NCBI GenBank assembly: GCA_028826165.1 | Contig: JAPDFW010000011.1 | Location: 372,001 to 436,000, forward strand | Direction of reading: 5' to 3' | DNA from: Anaeramoeba ignava BMAN | Taxonomy: Eukaryota > Protista > Anaeramoebae | Length of the DNA stretch: 64,000 nt | Shown: piece after piece, positions 48,901 through 63,500 of the stretch | How the letters are laid out: each line of letters opens with the position of its first letter | How positions within the stretch are numbered: position 1 is the first letter of the stretch | Position numbers and translations under genes: made by a program | The notes under the pieces: generated by a model | Seen by the model: only the letters and a program-made list of their open reading frames with translations | Databases searched by the model: none | Told to the model about the DNA's origin: nothing

Positions 48901-50055
48901 ATAGAAAATGGAGCAAAAATAAATGTACATTTTATAGTTAAATTATTTTTATTTTATTATTCATTTTTATTTTGTCTTTTTTCTTAGAATCAAATTTCTG
49001 TAGATCACATTTTCTCAATTTATAAAAAAAAGGAATTTGTTGATTATTTATTGAATCAAATAAGTTTTCAATTTCTTAATGTAAAAAATCAAATCAAATC
49101 AAATGAAATGAAAAAAAATTTTTTAAACAAAAATACAAAAATAAAAAAGGATGAAACAAAATTTGTTCAATCAATTAAAAATTCAAATTATTCCTATTTA
49201 AGATATATTACAGATTATGGATTTGATTTTTCTTCTGTTGTAATTTAAACTTTAGATTTGAAAATTAAAAAATGAATTTATATTTATTATTAATATTATT
49301 AAATATATTAGGATATGAGTCAGTTTGTAAATAATCGGTCAATTAACTCAACAATATTTTTAAATACATATTCAAGTATTATGAAAGATTTCCAAAAATT
49401 TCTTGAAATGGAAACATTTGCAGATATGGAAATTGAAACACAAACAGGAATAATTCAAATTAACAAACAATTTTTTGAGTTTAGATTAGAAAAAAAAGAA
49501 ATTATTCAAAAAGCAATTGAAGTTTTCAAAGAAGAAGAAAGAGAAAAAGTGGAAATTTATTTAAATTTTATTTTCTCAGGAATTATTTACAAAAATCAAT
49601 ATGAAATAATTGAAGAATTATCGAAAAAAATCAATTTGACGAATTTCAAAGAAAAAATAGGAAGAAAAGGATTACTTAAAGATTTAGAAAAATTATATTA
49701 TTGTGAAAAAACAAAAGACTTTCAAATTTTAGTACAAGGAAAAGCATTTAAAGTTCACAAGATTATATTAATTGCAAGAAGTGGTTTATTTGAAGGAATG
49801 TTTTCTTGTGTTCAAGATAGTTCAAATTCTGTTCATGATTATCGCAATTCGAGTAAAGAATCAATTGAAGAATTCATAAAATTCTTGTATTTTGATTCAA
49901 TTCCAAAAAATATTCCTCATTTTATTAAAGAAGAACTAAAAGATGCTATTGATTTTTATCAATTAAATATTTATTCAAATCTTTCATCTCAATTACCAAT
50001 AACTAAATCTGAAATTCCAAAAAATTTACCAGTTTTTAATCCAATTTTTTTTTAG
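45952..50055 (+). CDS. Ankyrin-repeat + BTB protein of about 733 aa, with about 27 exons including about 11 micro-exons of 3-6 nt
   Basis: Main exons: 45952-46059, 46138-46233, 46484-46594, 46663-46759, 46977-47069, 47158-47250, 47367-47459, 47638-47736, 47811-47900, 48108-48200, 48266-48352, 48553-48648, 48841-48924, 48988-49080, 49150-49239, 49312-50055. Most encode one ankyrin repeat (e.g. MPPLHCAC..LLKRGANPN). The last exon is BTB (FKVHKIILIARSGLFEGMF). Confidence 0.85.
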
Positions 50056-50170
50056 AAAATGAAAATAAAAATTTTATTCAGTTTTAATCCTCTTTTTATT
50101 TTTAAATTTTATTTTTATTTTTTATTTTTAATTTTTTCATTTTTTTTCTTTTTTTTTCTTTTTAAAGATT

Positions 50171-53100
50171 ATGAATGAAAAAAAAACTTTTGAAAATGAA
50201 AAAATTTTAAACAATTCTTTTATTCTTTGGTCTTCAAAAAATTATCAAAAACCAAAATTCGTATTATTTAATTTAATTTAATTTAAAAAAGAAATTTTGA
50301 AAAATTTTTTTTTTAATTATTCTTTCTTTTTTTGTTTGGTTTAAATTCCTAATAATTTTAAACTAAAGAACCAACAGGAAAACAAGAGATTAAAAAATTT
50401 AATTTGGAATTATTATAAAAATGAAAGTGAATTTGTTAGATTTCCAAATGAAATTGTTCATTTAAAAAATCAAATTACAATATCATTAGAAAATGTTTGG
50501 AAAATTGAAAAAGAAATTGAAAAAGAAAAAGAAATTGAAATTGAAAAAAAGCAAAATATTCAACAAGATCTATTTAAAAACCAAATAGAAGCTTCTTTTA
50601 ACAAAACAAAATTTGAAGAAACCCAAAAACTTTTTCTTAAATTTCAACATTTAATTTTTTACAAATTTACAGGATTATTAGCCAAAATTATCCTTTCAAA
50701 AACAAGACTTGAATCTTTCTTCAATAATTTTATTGAGGATATTCTGAAGAATTCTTTCCTGCTTAAAGATTTTCAAAAGAAAATAGAATCAGAAAAAAAT
50801 ATTGAAGAAAATGAAATTCAACAAAAAAATATCAATTTTAATACTGAAAACCAAGAGGAATTATCAACAAACATTTCCAAAACAAAATATTATATCAAAA
50901 TATTGTTTAAATTTGAAAAAATAGCCAGTTCGTTAATGCAAAAAAGTTTATTCATTAAACAATGCGATGATCAACATGAAAACATGCAAAAAATTTATAA
51001 AGATTTTATCCGTATTTTTAAGTGGGATATCAAAAGTATTTTAACCAAAATTTGGGATCAAAATACCCATTCAGGATTAGATTCTCAGCAATTACTATCC
51101 TCAAATTCTTATTCACATTTCCCCAAATTTCTTTTAACAATCCGGAATCATATTAAAACATTAACAAAATTATTACCATGTGTTGGAGTTATTAATGACA
51201 TGTTGTTTGTATTTAATGAATTAGTTGATTGTCCTGATTCAGGAGAATGGGGCACAGATTTGTTATATTTCCCTTCAATTTGGGATTATGAAAATGTGCA
51301 ATATTTTCTAAATATGATCACTCTCTTGCACAAAAACATTCAAACAAATGAAAATGGAAAATGGAAATGGAAATGAAAATGAAAATGAAAAAAGTAATAA
51401 TGAAAATATTGAAAAAGAAAATATCCAAAAGCAAAATAATAAAGAATACGAACTTAATTACCATAAATTTTTCCAGCAATTCCCATTTGATACTTTTCTT
51501 GAAAACATCTTCCAAAATCCAAATCTGGAAATTCCAACTATCCAAAAAATTTTATCAAAAATTATCAAGTTGTTATCTATTCCACTCAAACAATTTGAAG
51601 TTGATGAACCTTCAATAACGGAAATTGGCAAAACAATTTGCACAATTTGTATTGAATTCACAAATTTTGTGATTGAATCAAAAGAAGAAAATTATTTCGA
51701 TGAAATTGATTCTTTGGTGATATTATCGGTTGATAGTTTTATTCAATCATCAAAAATTTATCTTTGGTTTTTACTAAATTTACTTCCTTACCATTTAATA
51801 TCAAACAAAGCTGCATGGATTATATTTTATGGATGTTTCACGCAAAAATCAATTGAAAAATACTCTGAAATTGAAAATAAAAATCAATTTGAAATTGACT
51901 CAATGAAAAAATGGAAAGAATATTTAAACGATAATTCACAAATTCTAACCAAAAAAGAAGCTAAAAAAAATGAGAACAGAAAAGTATTTTGGAATGTTTT
52001 AAAAAATCCATCTTTTGGATCACCTCTCATCTCTTCATTAACAAAACTTGTCTTATCACAGAATTCTATGGATACTACTTTTGCAATATGCAGAGAGTTA
52101 TTTATTTGTGGATTTTTGAAATATCATTCTCTTTATTTCCATCCAGTCCTTCAAATATTGAGGGATGTTACTTCCAAAAATCAATTTCTTATTAGTTTCT
52201 TTTTCCAACATATTGCACAGAATGTTGAAAAAATTGAATATTTTATTCAAATCCAAATTTTAAGAGCAATTCCTTTTCATTTATGGAATCCCACTGAGGA
52301 TGATATGAACATTCTCAAAGATTGGCTTCTTTCAGGATTCGATTCAAATCTTTTCAGACTTTCAAAATGGTGCATTGATCAACTTAATTGGGAATATTCT
52401 GAAAGAACTTTTAGTCAAATCAATTCTCAAAATATTGAAAATGAAAATGAAAATGAAAATGAAAATGAAAATGAATATTCAGTTTTTCCAAATGAACCAA
52501 AATTATTTATTCACCCCAAAATTCATCGCCAAATGATTCTTATTCTTACTGATGCATGGTTAAAATACTACTCAAAATTTTCCATCTCAAAGAAAAAATA
52601 TTTTGAAGTTTGGTGTTGGAATACTTTATTCAAACTGAAAGTATTTTCTCCTTTCGGAAGAAGACTTATTCCTGCTCTTCATTATCCAGACGATCCTCAG
52701 GTTAAACTTATACTCCGTCATACATCTAATGAAAAAGATTCGGATCCATTTTCATCATTTTGTTTCCTAATACTTTCAGATTTTTTATTGCAATCAAAGA
52801 AAATTAAAGAATCCAAAAGCAAACAGATTCAGAAAGAATATAAAGAAAGAAAGTTCTTTTTATTTAACACATTGTCTTTCCATGGATATTCCTATTGTTT
52901 TATTAAGCTTCTTTATTATTATATCCCAGAAATATATTTTCAAGAAACAACCAGAAAAGTTTTATCAAATCAATCCCCAAAAAAACACAAAAAACCCAAT
53001 TCCAAATTAAACTCAAATTCGAAATCAAATCCAAATTCAAAACAAAGATCAAATATCAATCTCAGTTCAGATATAAGAGAAATTGAATCACAAGACGCCA

Positions 53101-56100
53101 ACGATAGAAAAGAAGATGAAAAACACAAGAGTTTCAACAACAAAATCAAACTTATTTATCAATGCTCAAAAGAAATATTTGAGTTATTTCGATTTGCAAT
53201 AATGGAGAAAAATATACAAGTTCCTGTGCCACCATTTTTAGAAAAGGAAACAGATGAAATCATCTCAGAACTGGCAGTTTCAATGATTTATATCAGGAAA
53301 AAGAAGAGAGAATTTAGTTATATTCTCTATCAAAAACTTGGAAAGGAAATAAATGAAGATGATATTGAAAAGCAAATTATCGAAAAAACAATCAGCTCTG
53401 ACAGCGCAGATCAGAGTTCCAAGACAAGTAAATTATCAAATCCCCAAAATATGCAGCTTCAATATTTATGCAATGGAGAGGAAATGTTTATTTTTTGGCT
53501 CTGTTTATTAACACTTCTTTCTGATTGGAATCAAAACAAAATTATCCAAAAAACACTGAATAATTTATTTAAATTTGCCTTTCAATTTCACATGGAAGAT
53601 TTGATTCATTATTATCTCAAATTGAAATTTGAACCTTTAGACAAACCATCAGGAAAAAAACCGCAAACTCAAAAACAAAGACTATCTCTTTCTAAATTTG
53701 AGCCTCTACTCCCAAGAATATCATTCACTTTGAATGAAAGAATAGAACTTATGAATACATATCCTTATTTCTTGTTTTTGATCTTACTTTTTGAAACAAA
53801 AATCCAGAAAAACCGCAGATTAATAATTGAGGAAGAATTCTTGAAAAAAAAGAAGAAGGAAACCACAAAGTTTATCAAAGACAAAGTTATCCAAAAACAT
53901 CTAAACCATTTATTTTGGTGGATCGAATTTGCTTTGAATTGCGATCCACAAAATGATTTATTGCCCTTAGTTTTCCAGGTGCTTCTTTCCTTGTTTTTTG
54001 AATGTAAAGATTGTAGTTGGGTTGAGAAAATTGTTGATTTAACAGACCAAAACGATGAAAATGGAATAGATGATGAAAAACAAAAAGAAATTGGGATTGA
54101 AATTGAAAAAGAAATGCAAAATATTAATATGGAATTGGTTGGGAGATCTTTATTGAATTCCTGCTTTGAACTTGAAAATAATAACAAACCCTTAAATGAA
54201 GTAATTTTGTCAAGATTGGAACAGGTTTCAAATGAATTGAAGATCCAAAAACAAAAAAGCGAATTTGAACCAACTGAAAATATTATTTACACAAATTTAA
54301 ATATGATTTATAAATCAATGGGGTTGTGGATTACAGACAACTTGGCATTAATGTATTCCAAGGCAATAAAAACAGAAAACACATTCAATGACCAATATTC
54401 TTTATCAAGATTATTTACTGTATTGATTGGGAGTGTGCTTATCCCTGAGATTGTTTTCACATCAGAAAACGAAAATTTTAGTTTGTGTTTCACTCTTTGG
54501 ATCGATCTTCTAAAAAGACCTAAATTTGTTTTTGTTAATGCATTAAAATATATTTTTGATTTGGATATTGAATTTGAGAAGTTAAATGGAAAACAGAAAA
54601 AAAGGCATTTATCAAATATTCCAAAAAATCACAAAAGAACCATCTATAATCATAGCAACAATAGCTCTATTGATCTTTCATCAATAAACCCAACAGAAAC
54701 ATCTATTACAGAAAGTGAAACTGATGAAAATCGAGCTCAAATCGAACCTCTTTATAAATCTTCTAATAATAGTCGTAGTAATCTTCTTGAAAATTCATCA
54801 AGAGAATCAACTGGAAAAATAAATTTCAAAAAGGGAATGAAAACGAAAATGAAACATGATATATTCCAAAAATGGAAATTGATCCAAAGTAATCGTTTGT
54901 TCAAAAAAGCAAGCATAAAAAATATCGAGAAATGTTGGAATGAAATAATTCAATTTTCAAGTAAATTTCTTTGTATTTGGCGCAAATACAAGCACTTAGA
55001 TTCTCAATTTTTAGCTCTTTTTTCTCATCTACTTTTCTATGAAGAATACTCGCTTGCAATAAAAGGTACCGCAGATGATATCAATGAAATACAAAGAATC
55101 AAGCAACTAAAGCAAAACAGAGAAATATCATACAATTTAATTGTCAATAGAAAATATTCAAATTTAATTTTTGAAGTAGAAACTTTATTTCCGTTTTCAT
55201 TACAAAATAATTTTCTTCATTTCGAAGATTTTGTTCATCATTTGGTTTTAAATCTCAAAGGGAAAATATTTTAATGGAAATCAATTAGAAAATCAAAATC
55301 TGAAAATATTTTTGTATTTATATCAAAAGGTGATCTTGTTAATAAGCACTAAAAATCGTCGATATCCTGCATTAATTCAACTTTTCCATGAAATAATTCC
55401 AGAAATGATGAAAACTTTCGATGAAAAACTGAATGAATTTGAATCAGTAAACATAATTAATCAAGAATACCAACATTTGAAGCAACTAATGATTTATCTA
55501 GAAAAGAAAACAATTCTATGTTTTGTTCAATCGTTGAATATCAAGTTTTTCGATATTGATTCAAAGTTTGCCAAAAATATCAACCAATTCACACAAAAAC
55601 TGATTCGCAAACATTTTCCAAAATATTTTTTTGATTATTTCCAAATAATTTTCCAAAATACATTGAACAAAAAAATACATCCATCAATGTGGAAGTTTTT
55701 GCTATCATTACCATTAGCAGAAAAACTTGAACCTGATTGCTTACTCAAAATAGTATTGTTTATGGGGGAAAAATTTGCTAAATTGAATGAAAAATTGATC
55801 AATGATTATATCTCAGAAAACAATATACAAAAAAACGAAACGCAACAAAATATAATCGAAGATGTTAATTTATCCAAATTCCTTTCTGTTTATACTGAAT
55901 ACATTATCAGTTTTGTTTCTCAAATATCAGAAAACCAGTTATTTAATGATCGAAACCAACTCAAAACAAAAATAGAGAATGATCAAAATTTGCACATTTT
56001 CAAGAATATTTTATTGAAACCCTTTCCTTTATTTGGAATTTTTGAGCCATTGGTTAAAATTACAAGTTTTGGGAATAATTTTTTCCTCCCTTTTTCTTCG

Positions 56101-58488
56101 GAAGAGTCTCAATTAATTCATGGTCGAATCATTTCAAATTTATATTGTAAACAGATGAAAAATTGGGACACTCCAAATATTTTCATTTCAGATCTTCAAT
56201 TAGTACTTGATATGGTTTTTAATAATGAATTAGAATCACACCCACTAGTTTTATTCTTTTTCAACATTTTTGATCAATTTTTCCCATTTAAAGAAGCCAA
56301 ATTGGATTTGGAGTCTATCAAGAAACTTCCCAAAATGATGAATTTTGAAAATTCACTGTTTTTTTGGAGATTGATCGATCGACTTAACTGGAACCAAATT
56401 TCCGATTTTGGATTTGGAGAAAATGAAACATGTGACGAAGAAACGATTCTGCAGTTTTCAATATCGATTACAGAATTTGTTCTCAACTTAATTTATTATT
56501 TAACTTGCAAATTTAATCACCAAGAAAAAAAGGATTTCAAAGATGAAATTTTGAAATTTATTGATAAATTTGAATGGAAAAGAATCACAAATGATTGTTA
56601 TATTAAAATTAATGTCTTCTGTACAAATTGGATTGAAGAAAAAATACAGAATTCAGATCCGTTATTTAATGCCCAAGATAATGAAGGAAATAAATATGAA
56701 GAAATTATTACAAAAGATATAAAAGACAAAGAAACAGAAACAAATGAGATTAAAACAAACGAAAATGAAAACACTGTTGGATATGTTGAGTATTATTTAG
56801 ATTTTGCACAATCACAATCCAAAAAAAAGGAGAACGTAAATGGAAACAAAAATAAAAACAAAGATTTAGAAAAACAAGATAATCGAGAAATGCAGTTAAT
56901 TAGTACAGAAAATATATATTATGCTAAAAATCCCGAAAAACAAAGCATTTTAGAGGAATACACTTTGTATTCAAATTCAGAATATTTCACAGGATTTCTT
57001 TTTGAAGTTATTGAAAGAATTGGGACTTTGAATGAAGGAAATAACATTGAGCTGGATAAATTTAAAACACTTTTCCATTCATATTTTCCATTATCTCTGG
57101 AATCTTATTGATTTCCAGGAAAACGATAAATCATTTCTCCAACAGGAAATGTACTTAATAGATGCAGATTATGAATATCTTTATGATTATTTCTCGATAT
57201 TTAAGACATCATTTGAAACAGTAACAGAAACAAATGAAGAATTTGAGAATTCCAAAAATCAAATTCAAATTCAAATTCAAATTTCCCAGAAATAAGCCAG
57301 GAAAAAAAGCTTATAAACGGACAATATTTCAGTGTTTCTTGGAGATTTGCGATACGATTATACCATAATTTACTTCTTTTTTTCAATCGAGATGGAATGA
57401 TCAAACAGAAAAAATCACGAGAACTTTTTATTCAATGTTTGCATTTATTGAATTATTCGAAAGGAGATTTACTCAACAATCTGATCATATTAACAATCAA
57501 ATTTGCTGATGAATGCAATTTTTTATATGATTTCATGGAATGCTTAATTTTTACAGTTGATTCACCAAAAGTATTAATTCTTGTATTGGAAAAAGTAATG
57601 AGCGCTTTTCTTTCACGTGAATCAAATATTATGGATAAATTGGATGAATATCAAGATCTGAAATTGGATCAAGAGCCACTCAAGCATCATATTGATTTCT
57701 TTGGAGCCTTTAATTTGATATTTTTCCAGTATTTGAAAAATTTAAAATCAACAATTAATGATTCACGTGAAATTTCCTTTGAACATTTTCTTGATATCAA
57801 CAAATGGGTTTTCCAACAGCTTTCAAGAACACCATTGAATTTTGGGAATGAATACACAATTATTTTATTGGTAGCTTTATATTTAAGCAACATGCAACAA
57901 GTATTTGAGAAACTTCAAACATTGAATATTTCCATGTCGAAAATTTCTGTTGAAACTGAAAAAAAAATCCACAATTTATCTTCCATTTTCAAAATTATAT
58001 CAGCAGATTCTTCTCCATTTTTAAAAACAAATGTTTTAGAAATTGGATATAAAATTCCAAAAGTTTTCCTTCTTTCTTGTTCTGCTCTGCATCTTTTTTT
58101 CTCTAATAAAGATCTTTATCTCCAAAATGATAAAAATGATAAAAATGATAAAAATGATAAAAATAAACAAGAATATAAATCACGAATGACAACAAATTTA
58201 AAACAAATTCATGATATTTTTGATGAAATTAAATCTCAATTTTATTCTCAACAAAGAAAAAAATTGGATGAAAATATGTTTATTCATAATTTAAAAGGTG
58301 TTTTTCAAGTATTTCAATCACCGAAATCAAATTTAGCAAAATTTCTTTCAATTTCTTTATTATTAGTTGAAAATATTACAAATATTGTAACATTTTATTA
58401 TAAAGGAGGAGAAAATTTTAAAAAAATTATTCAAAAAATTCTTTCAAGTCAATTTAAAATTGAAATTTCAAATCCTAAAATGAATTGA
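50171..58488 (+). CDS. EPG5: EPG5-like autophagy tethering factor; frameshifted in this assembly
   Basis: About 2700-aa helical protein with ATG at 50171 and an intron at about 50260-50368. Segments QQFPFDTF, IPFHLWNPTEDDMNILKDWLL..QLNW and WWIEFALNCDPQNDLLPLVFQ recall EPG5. Frame changes near 51360, 55270, 57100 and 57290. Confidence 0.72.
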
Positions 58489-59480
58489 AATGAAAATCAA
58501 AATGAAAATCAATTAAAATGAAAAAGAAAATCAATTAAAATGAAAATCAAAATCAAAATCAAAATCAAAATCAAAATCAAAAGAAAATCAAAATCAAAAT
58601 CAAAATCGAAATCAAAATCAAAAATCAAAATCAAAATCAAAATCAAAATCAAAATCTAAATCAAAATCAAAATCAAAATCAAAATCAAAATGAAAATTTA
58701 AATGAAAATCAAAATCAAAATCAAAATCAAAATGAAAATCAAAATCAAAATGAAAATGAAAATGAAAATCAAAATGAAAATCAAAATCAAAATCAAAATC
58801 AAAATCAAAATCAAAATCAAAATCAAAATCAAAATCAAAAAAGAAATCAAAATCAAAATCAAAATCAAAATCAAAATCAAAATCAAAATCAAAATGAAAA
58901 TCAAAATGAAATTCAAAATCAAAATCAAAATCAAAATCAAAATCAAAATCAAAATCAAAATCAAAATCAAAATGAAAATCAAAATGAAAAATCAAAATCA
59001 AAATCAAAATCAAAATCAAAATCAAAATCAAAATCAAAATCAAAATCAAAATCAAAATCAAAATCAAAATCAAAATCAAAATCAAAATCAAAATCAAAAT
59101 CAAAATCAAAATCAAAATCAAAATCAAAATCAAAATCAAAATCAAAATCAAAATCAAAATCAAAATCAAAATCAAAATCAAAATCAAAATCAAAATCAAA
59201 ATCAAAATCTGAAAATCAAAATCAAAATCAAAATCAAAATCAAAATGAAAATGAAATTCAAAATCAAAATCAAAATCAAAATCAAAATCAAAATCAAAAT
59301 CAAAATCAAAATCAAAATCAAAATGAAAATGAAAATCAAAATCAAAATCAAAATCAAAATCAAAATCAAAATCAAAATCAAAATGAAAATTAAAATGAAA
59401 ATCAAAATCAAAATCAAAATCAAAATCAAAATGAAAATCAAAATCAAAATCAAAATCAAAATCAAAAAGAAAATCAAAAT
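58489..59480. repeat. (AAAATC/AAAATG)n hexamer satellite
   Basis: Directly visible. Confidence 0.95.
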
Positions 59481-59744
59481 CATGAAAAAGGAATTTAAAA
59501 GAGAGAAATGTTCTTTATTTTTCTTTTTTTTTATTTGAATTTTTTTTTCCAATTTTAATTTTTTAATCAAAATTAATTTGAAGAAAAAAAAAAAAAGAAG
59601 AATAAAAAAAAATTATATTTAATCATTAAATAATTAATTAATGAATCAATTAATCAATTGAATAGAATAAAATAATTTTGAAAAAACAAAAAACAAAAAC
59701 AAAAACAAAAACAAAAACAAAAACAATTCCACATTCCAAAATTT

Positions 59745-60500
59745 AAATTATTCAAATAAAATCAAATAATTCAAATAAATTAAATAAATCAAATAATTCA
59801 AATAAAATCAAATAATTCAAATAAATCAAATAAATCAAATAATTCAAATAATTCAAATAAAATCAAATAAATCAAATAAATCAAATAATTCAAATTAATC
59901 AAATAAATCAAATAAATTCAAATAAATCAAATAAATCAAATAAATCAAATAAATCAAATAATTCAAATAATTCAAATAATTCAAATAATTCAAATAAATC
60001 AAATTAATCAAATAATTCAAATAAATCAAATAAATCAAATAATTTAAATAAAATAAATAATTCAAATAAAATCAAATAATTCAAATAATTCAAATAAATC
60101 AAATCAATTAAATAAATTAAATAAATCAAATAATTCAAATAATTTAAATAAATCAAATAATTTAAATAAAATCAAATTAATCAAATAAATCAAATTAATT
60201 AAATAATTCAAATAATTCAAATAAATCAAATAATTCAAATAAAATAAATAATTCAAATAATTCAAATAAATTAAATAAATTCAAATAAATCAGATAAATC
60301 AAATTAATCAAATAATTCAAATCAATTCAAATAAATTCAAATAATTCAAATAATTCAAATTAATTAAATAAATCAAATAATTCAAATAATTCAAATAATT
60401 CAAATAAATTCAAATAAATCAAATAATTCAAATAATTTAAATAAATCAAATAAATTAAATAAATCAAATTAAATAATTCAAATAATTCAAATAAATTAAA
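59745..60500. repeat. (AAATAAATC/AAATAATTC)n 9-mer satellite downstream of CLASP
   Basis: Directly visible. Confidence 0.9.
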
Positions 60501-63500
60501 TTATTTTTTTCTTGCTTCCATTCTTCTTTGAATCATTGTAATATGAGCTGAACGTAAAGAAGGAGATAAACGTTTTATTAAAAGATCCTCTCCAACAACC
60601 AAAAAAATTTCAGCAAGAGTATCAATAACAATTTTTCTAATTTGAGAAGAAGTAAGAGAAGAACGAATTTTTGTTTGAAGTGGAGGAAGAATTTTGTCAA
60701 GTAATTTAAGTAATTTCTTTTTTGGAGTGTGTTTTATAAATGGAATTAAAAAATTAATTCCCAAAGTAAACATTTTCGAATTTTCATTTTGAAGATATGG
60801 AGTCAATGCTTCAACTACTGCTTGTGAATCTAATGATGATCTCATGATTTTCAAAAGTCTTTCGTGATTTTTATTTTTTTCATCATTACTTTTTTGACAG
60901 GAATTAAAAAAATGAGAAATTATTTTTTCAGTGTTTTGATAAAAATATTCTTTCTGTTGAATTACTATTTTTTGAAATAATTTTAAAATATCATTTTGAT
61001 CGTCTGTTGATTGTTGGATAAAATAATCTATTAATCTTGTGATTATCAATATAAAATGTTGTTTCCATACTTGTTCTACATTAGCTTCTGAAAATGATAA
61101 AAGTGTTTGAAGTGATTGATTTCTTTGTTGTGGATTTGAAAGTGAATTAAGAAGTGCTTGGATTGTAGTTTTTAGTTTAGATTCATCAATTTCATTTTGA
61201 TTATTTTGATTTTCATTTTGATTATTTTCTTTTTCAATTTGATTATTTTCATTTTGATTTTCAATTTGATTATTTTCTTTTTCAATTTGATTTTGATTAT
61301 TTTCATTTTGATTTTGATTTTGATTTTGATTTTCATTTTGATTTTCATTTTGATTTTGATTTTCTTTTTCTTTTTCTTTTTCATTTTGATTTTCATCATC
61401 AATAAATTCATCATTGTCTACACTTTCGAAATCGAGATCATTAAAAAAGTCATCATCATTAAATTCGTCATCATTAAATTCATTTTCATTTTCATTATCA
61501 TTATCATTATCATTTTCATTTTCATTATCATTATCATTATCATTTTCATTTTCATTTTCATTATCATTTTCATTTTCATTTTCATTTTCATTATCATTTT
61601 CATTTTCATTTTCATTTTCATTTTCATTTTCATTATCATTTTCATTATCATTTTCATTTTCATTTTCATTATCATTTTCATTTTCATTTTCATTATCATT
61701 TTCATTTTCATTTTCATTTTCATTATCATTTTTGTTATTTGCTTTTTTAATTGGTGTTTTTTTAATTGGTTTTGTTTTATTTGGTGTTTTTTTAATTGCT
61801 TTATTTGTTGTTTTTTTAATTGCTTTATTTGTTGTTTTTTTATTTGTTGTTGCTTTATTTGTTTTTGATTTATTTGGTGTTGTTTTATTTTGTGTTGTTT
61901 TAGTTGATGTTGTTTTAGTTGGTATTGTTCTAGTTGAATTTTTTTTAATTAATACTCTTTTATTTTGTGCCTGTTTAGTTGATTCTGATTTAGTTGAAAT
62001 TAGTTTTTTCTTTTCACTAACAATCCTTTTTCTAACTTGTTGATTTGATTTGAAATTTGCAACTGTATTTGCCTTTCTTAATACTTTCTTTTGACTTTGG
62101 ACTTTTCGAATATCTTTAATTGATTTTGTTGGAGATTTTGAAACATTAAGAATGTGTTTATTTGTTTTCGCTTGAGAAACATCTGAATTTTGATCATAAA
62201 TTGATGGATCAAGATTGATTATTGATAGCAAAAAATTTTTTGAAGAAGAAATTTGCATGTTAACTTGTTTCATCAATTCATCCTCATTTTTTTCCTTTAA
62301 AACACGCAATAAATGATGAGAATATTTTTTGATTTCGATTCTTTGATGAGAAAAATAGGGGAATAATTTATTGAACATTTCCTTTGTATTTGCTTCTTCA
62401 GATAAAAAATTATCAGTATCTTCAGTAAAAATAATAACCATTAATTTAAAAAGATGTTTTTTCAAATTGTCTCTAATTGAATCCAAAATTTCCATTAAAC
62501 AAGGAACTAAAACAGCGCTTCCAAAACAAGAACGAATCAAATCAACAATTTCTTGGGAAATGTTTTTGATTTTTTTGTTTGAATCATTAAGCAAAGGAAT
62601 AATATTAATAAAAGTAGCGTTTAAATATTGTTCAAAATTTGTAGTATAATTATCAATTAATTCCTTTAGAACTTTCAAAGCAATAAATTTAAGTTTTAAA
62701 TGTTGGTCGTTCAAAAAACGAATCACTGAAGTGAATGCCTTTTTGAAGAGTTTTTTATCCATCAATTCGTAGCGACTTTCTTGCGTGGAAATGTCAAAAA
62801 GCTTCTCCAAACCTGAATAATTTGTTGATAAATTGAGCGAAGAAAGAGCAAGAATTGCATTTGTAAATTCGTTGTTGTCTTGATTTCTTGGATGGAGATT
62901 CAGCGAGGATATTTCAGATTGTAATGTTGATTGAGGAACTAAAACTGTAATTTTTTGTCGAACTTTTTTGCTTGATTCATATTTCGAAGTTGATTGTGTT
63001 CTTGTGCTTTTGCGAATAGGAACTTTTGAAGGTGATGAAAAATCAATTTCATCAAGTTCATCATGTTTTTTTAAAAGATCAACAGTCTTGACTTTTGGAG
63101 CGCGAAGTTTCTGCTGGGTGATTCCAGTCTTTTTTAATTTTAAATTTTGATTTGATTTTAAATTTTGATTTGATTTTTGATTTGATTTTTGATTTGATTT
63201 TTGATTTGATTTTTGATTTGATTTTTGATTTGATTTTGATTTTTGATTTGTTATTGATAAAGGTGATATTTTTTTGGATGAATAACGAGCTTGTATTTTT
63301 GGTTTTGGAGGGGAAAACTCATCTTCAATCATTAGAAAGTTTTTGTTGTCGAGATTGTTTGCGGGATGTTTGTACGAAATGATACTCATTTGTGTTTTTT
63401 TGTCTTCTTTTAAATAAATAAATTTTGCTCTTTCAGGAAAACGTTTGAAATATTCCCAATAAGACTCCTTTCCTTCTGAACGAGTTATTTCCTTAGCATC

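Noticed and set aside
20477-58488. Programmed ribosomal frameshifting or mass pseudogenisation (RCC1 copies 5-6, SPATA20, EPG5; also the transposase)
   Set aside because: The breaks examined are mostly single-base changes in homopolymers with no shared slippery or stop motif, and they hit conserved genes. Long-read consensus error is the simpler explanation; short-read polishing would settle it.
58489-59480. Telomeric repeat
   Set aside because: It is internal, degenerate, flanked by genes, and the same unit occurs throughout the window.
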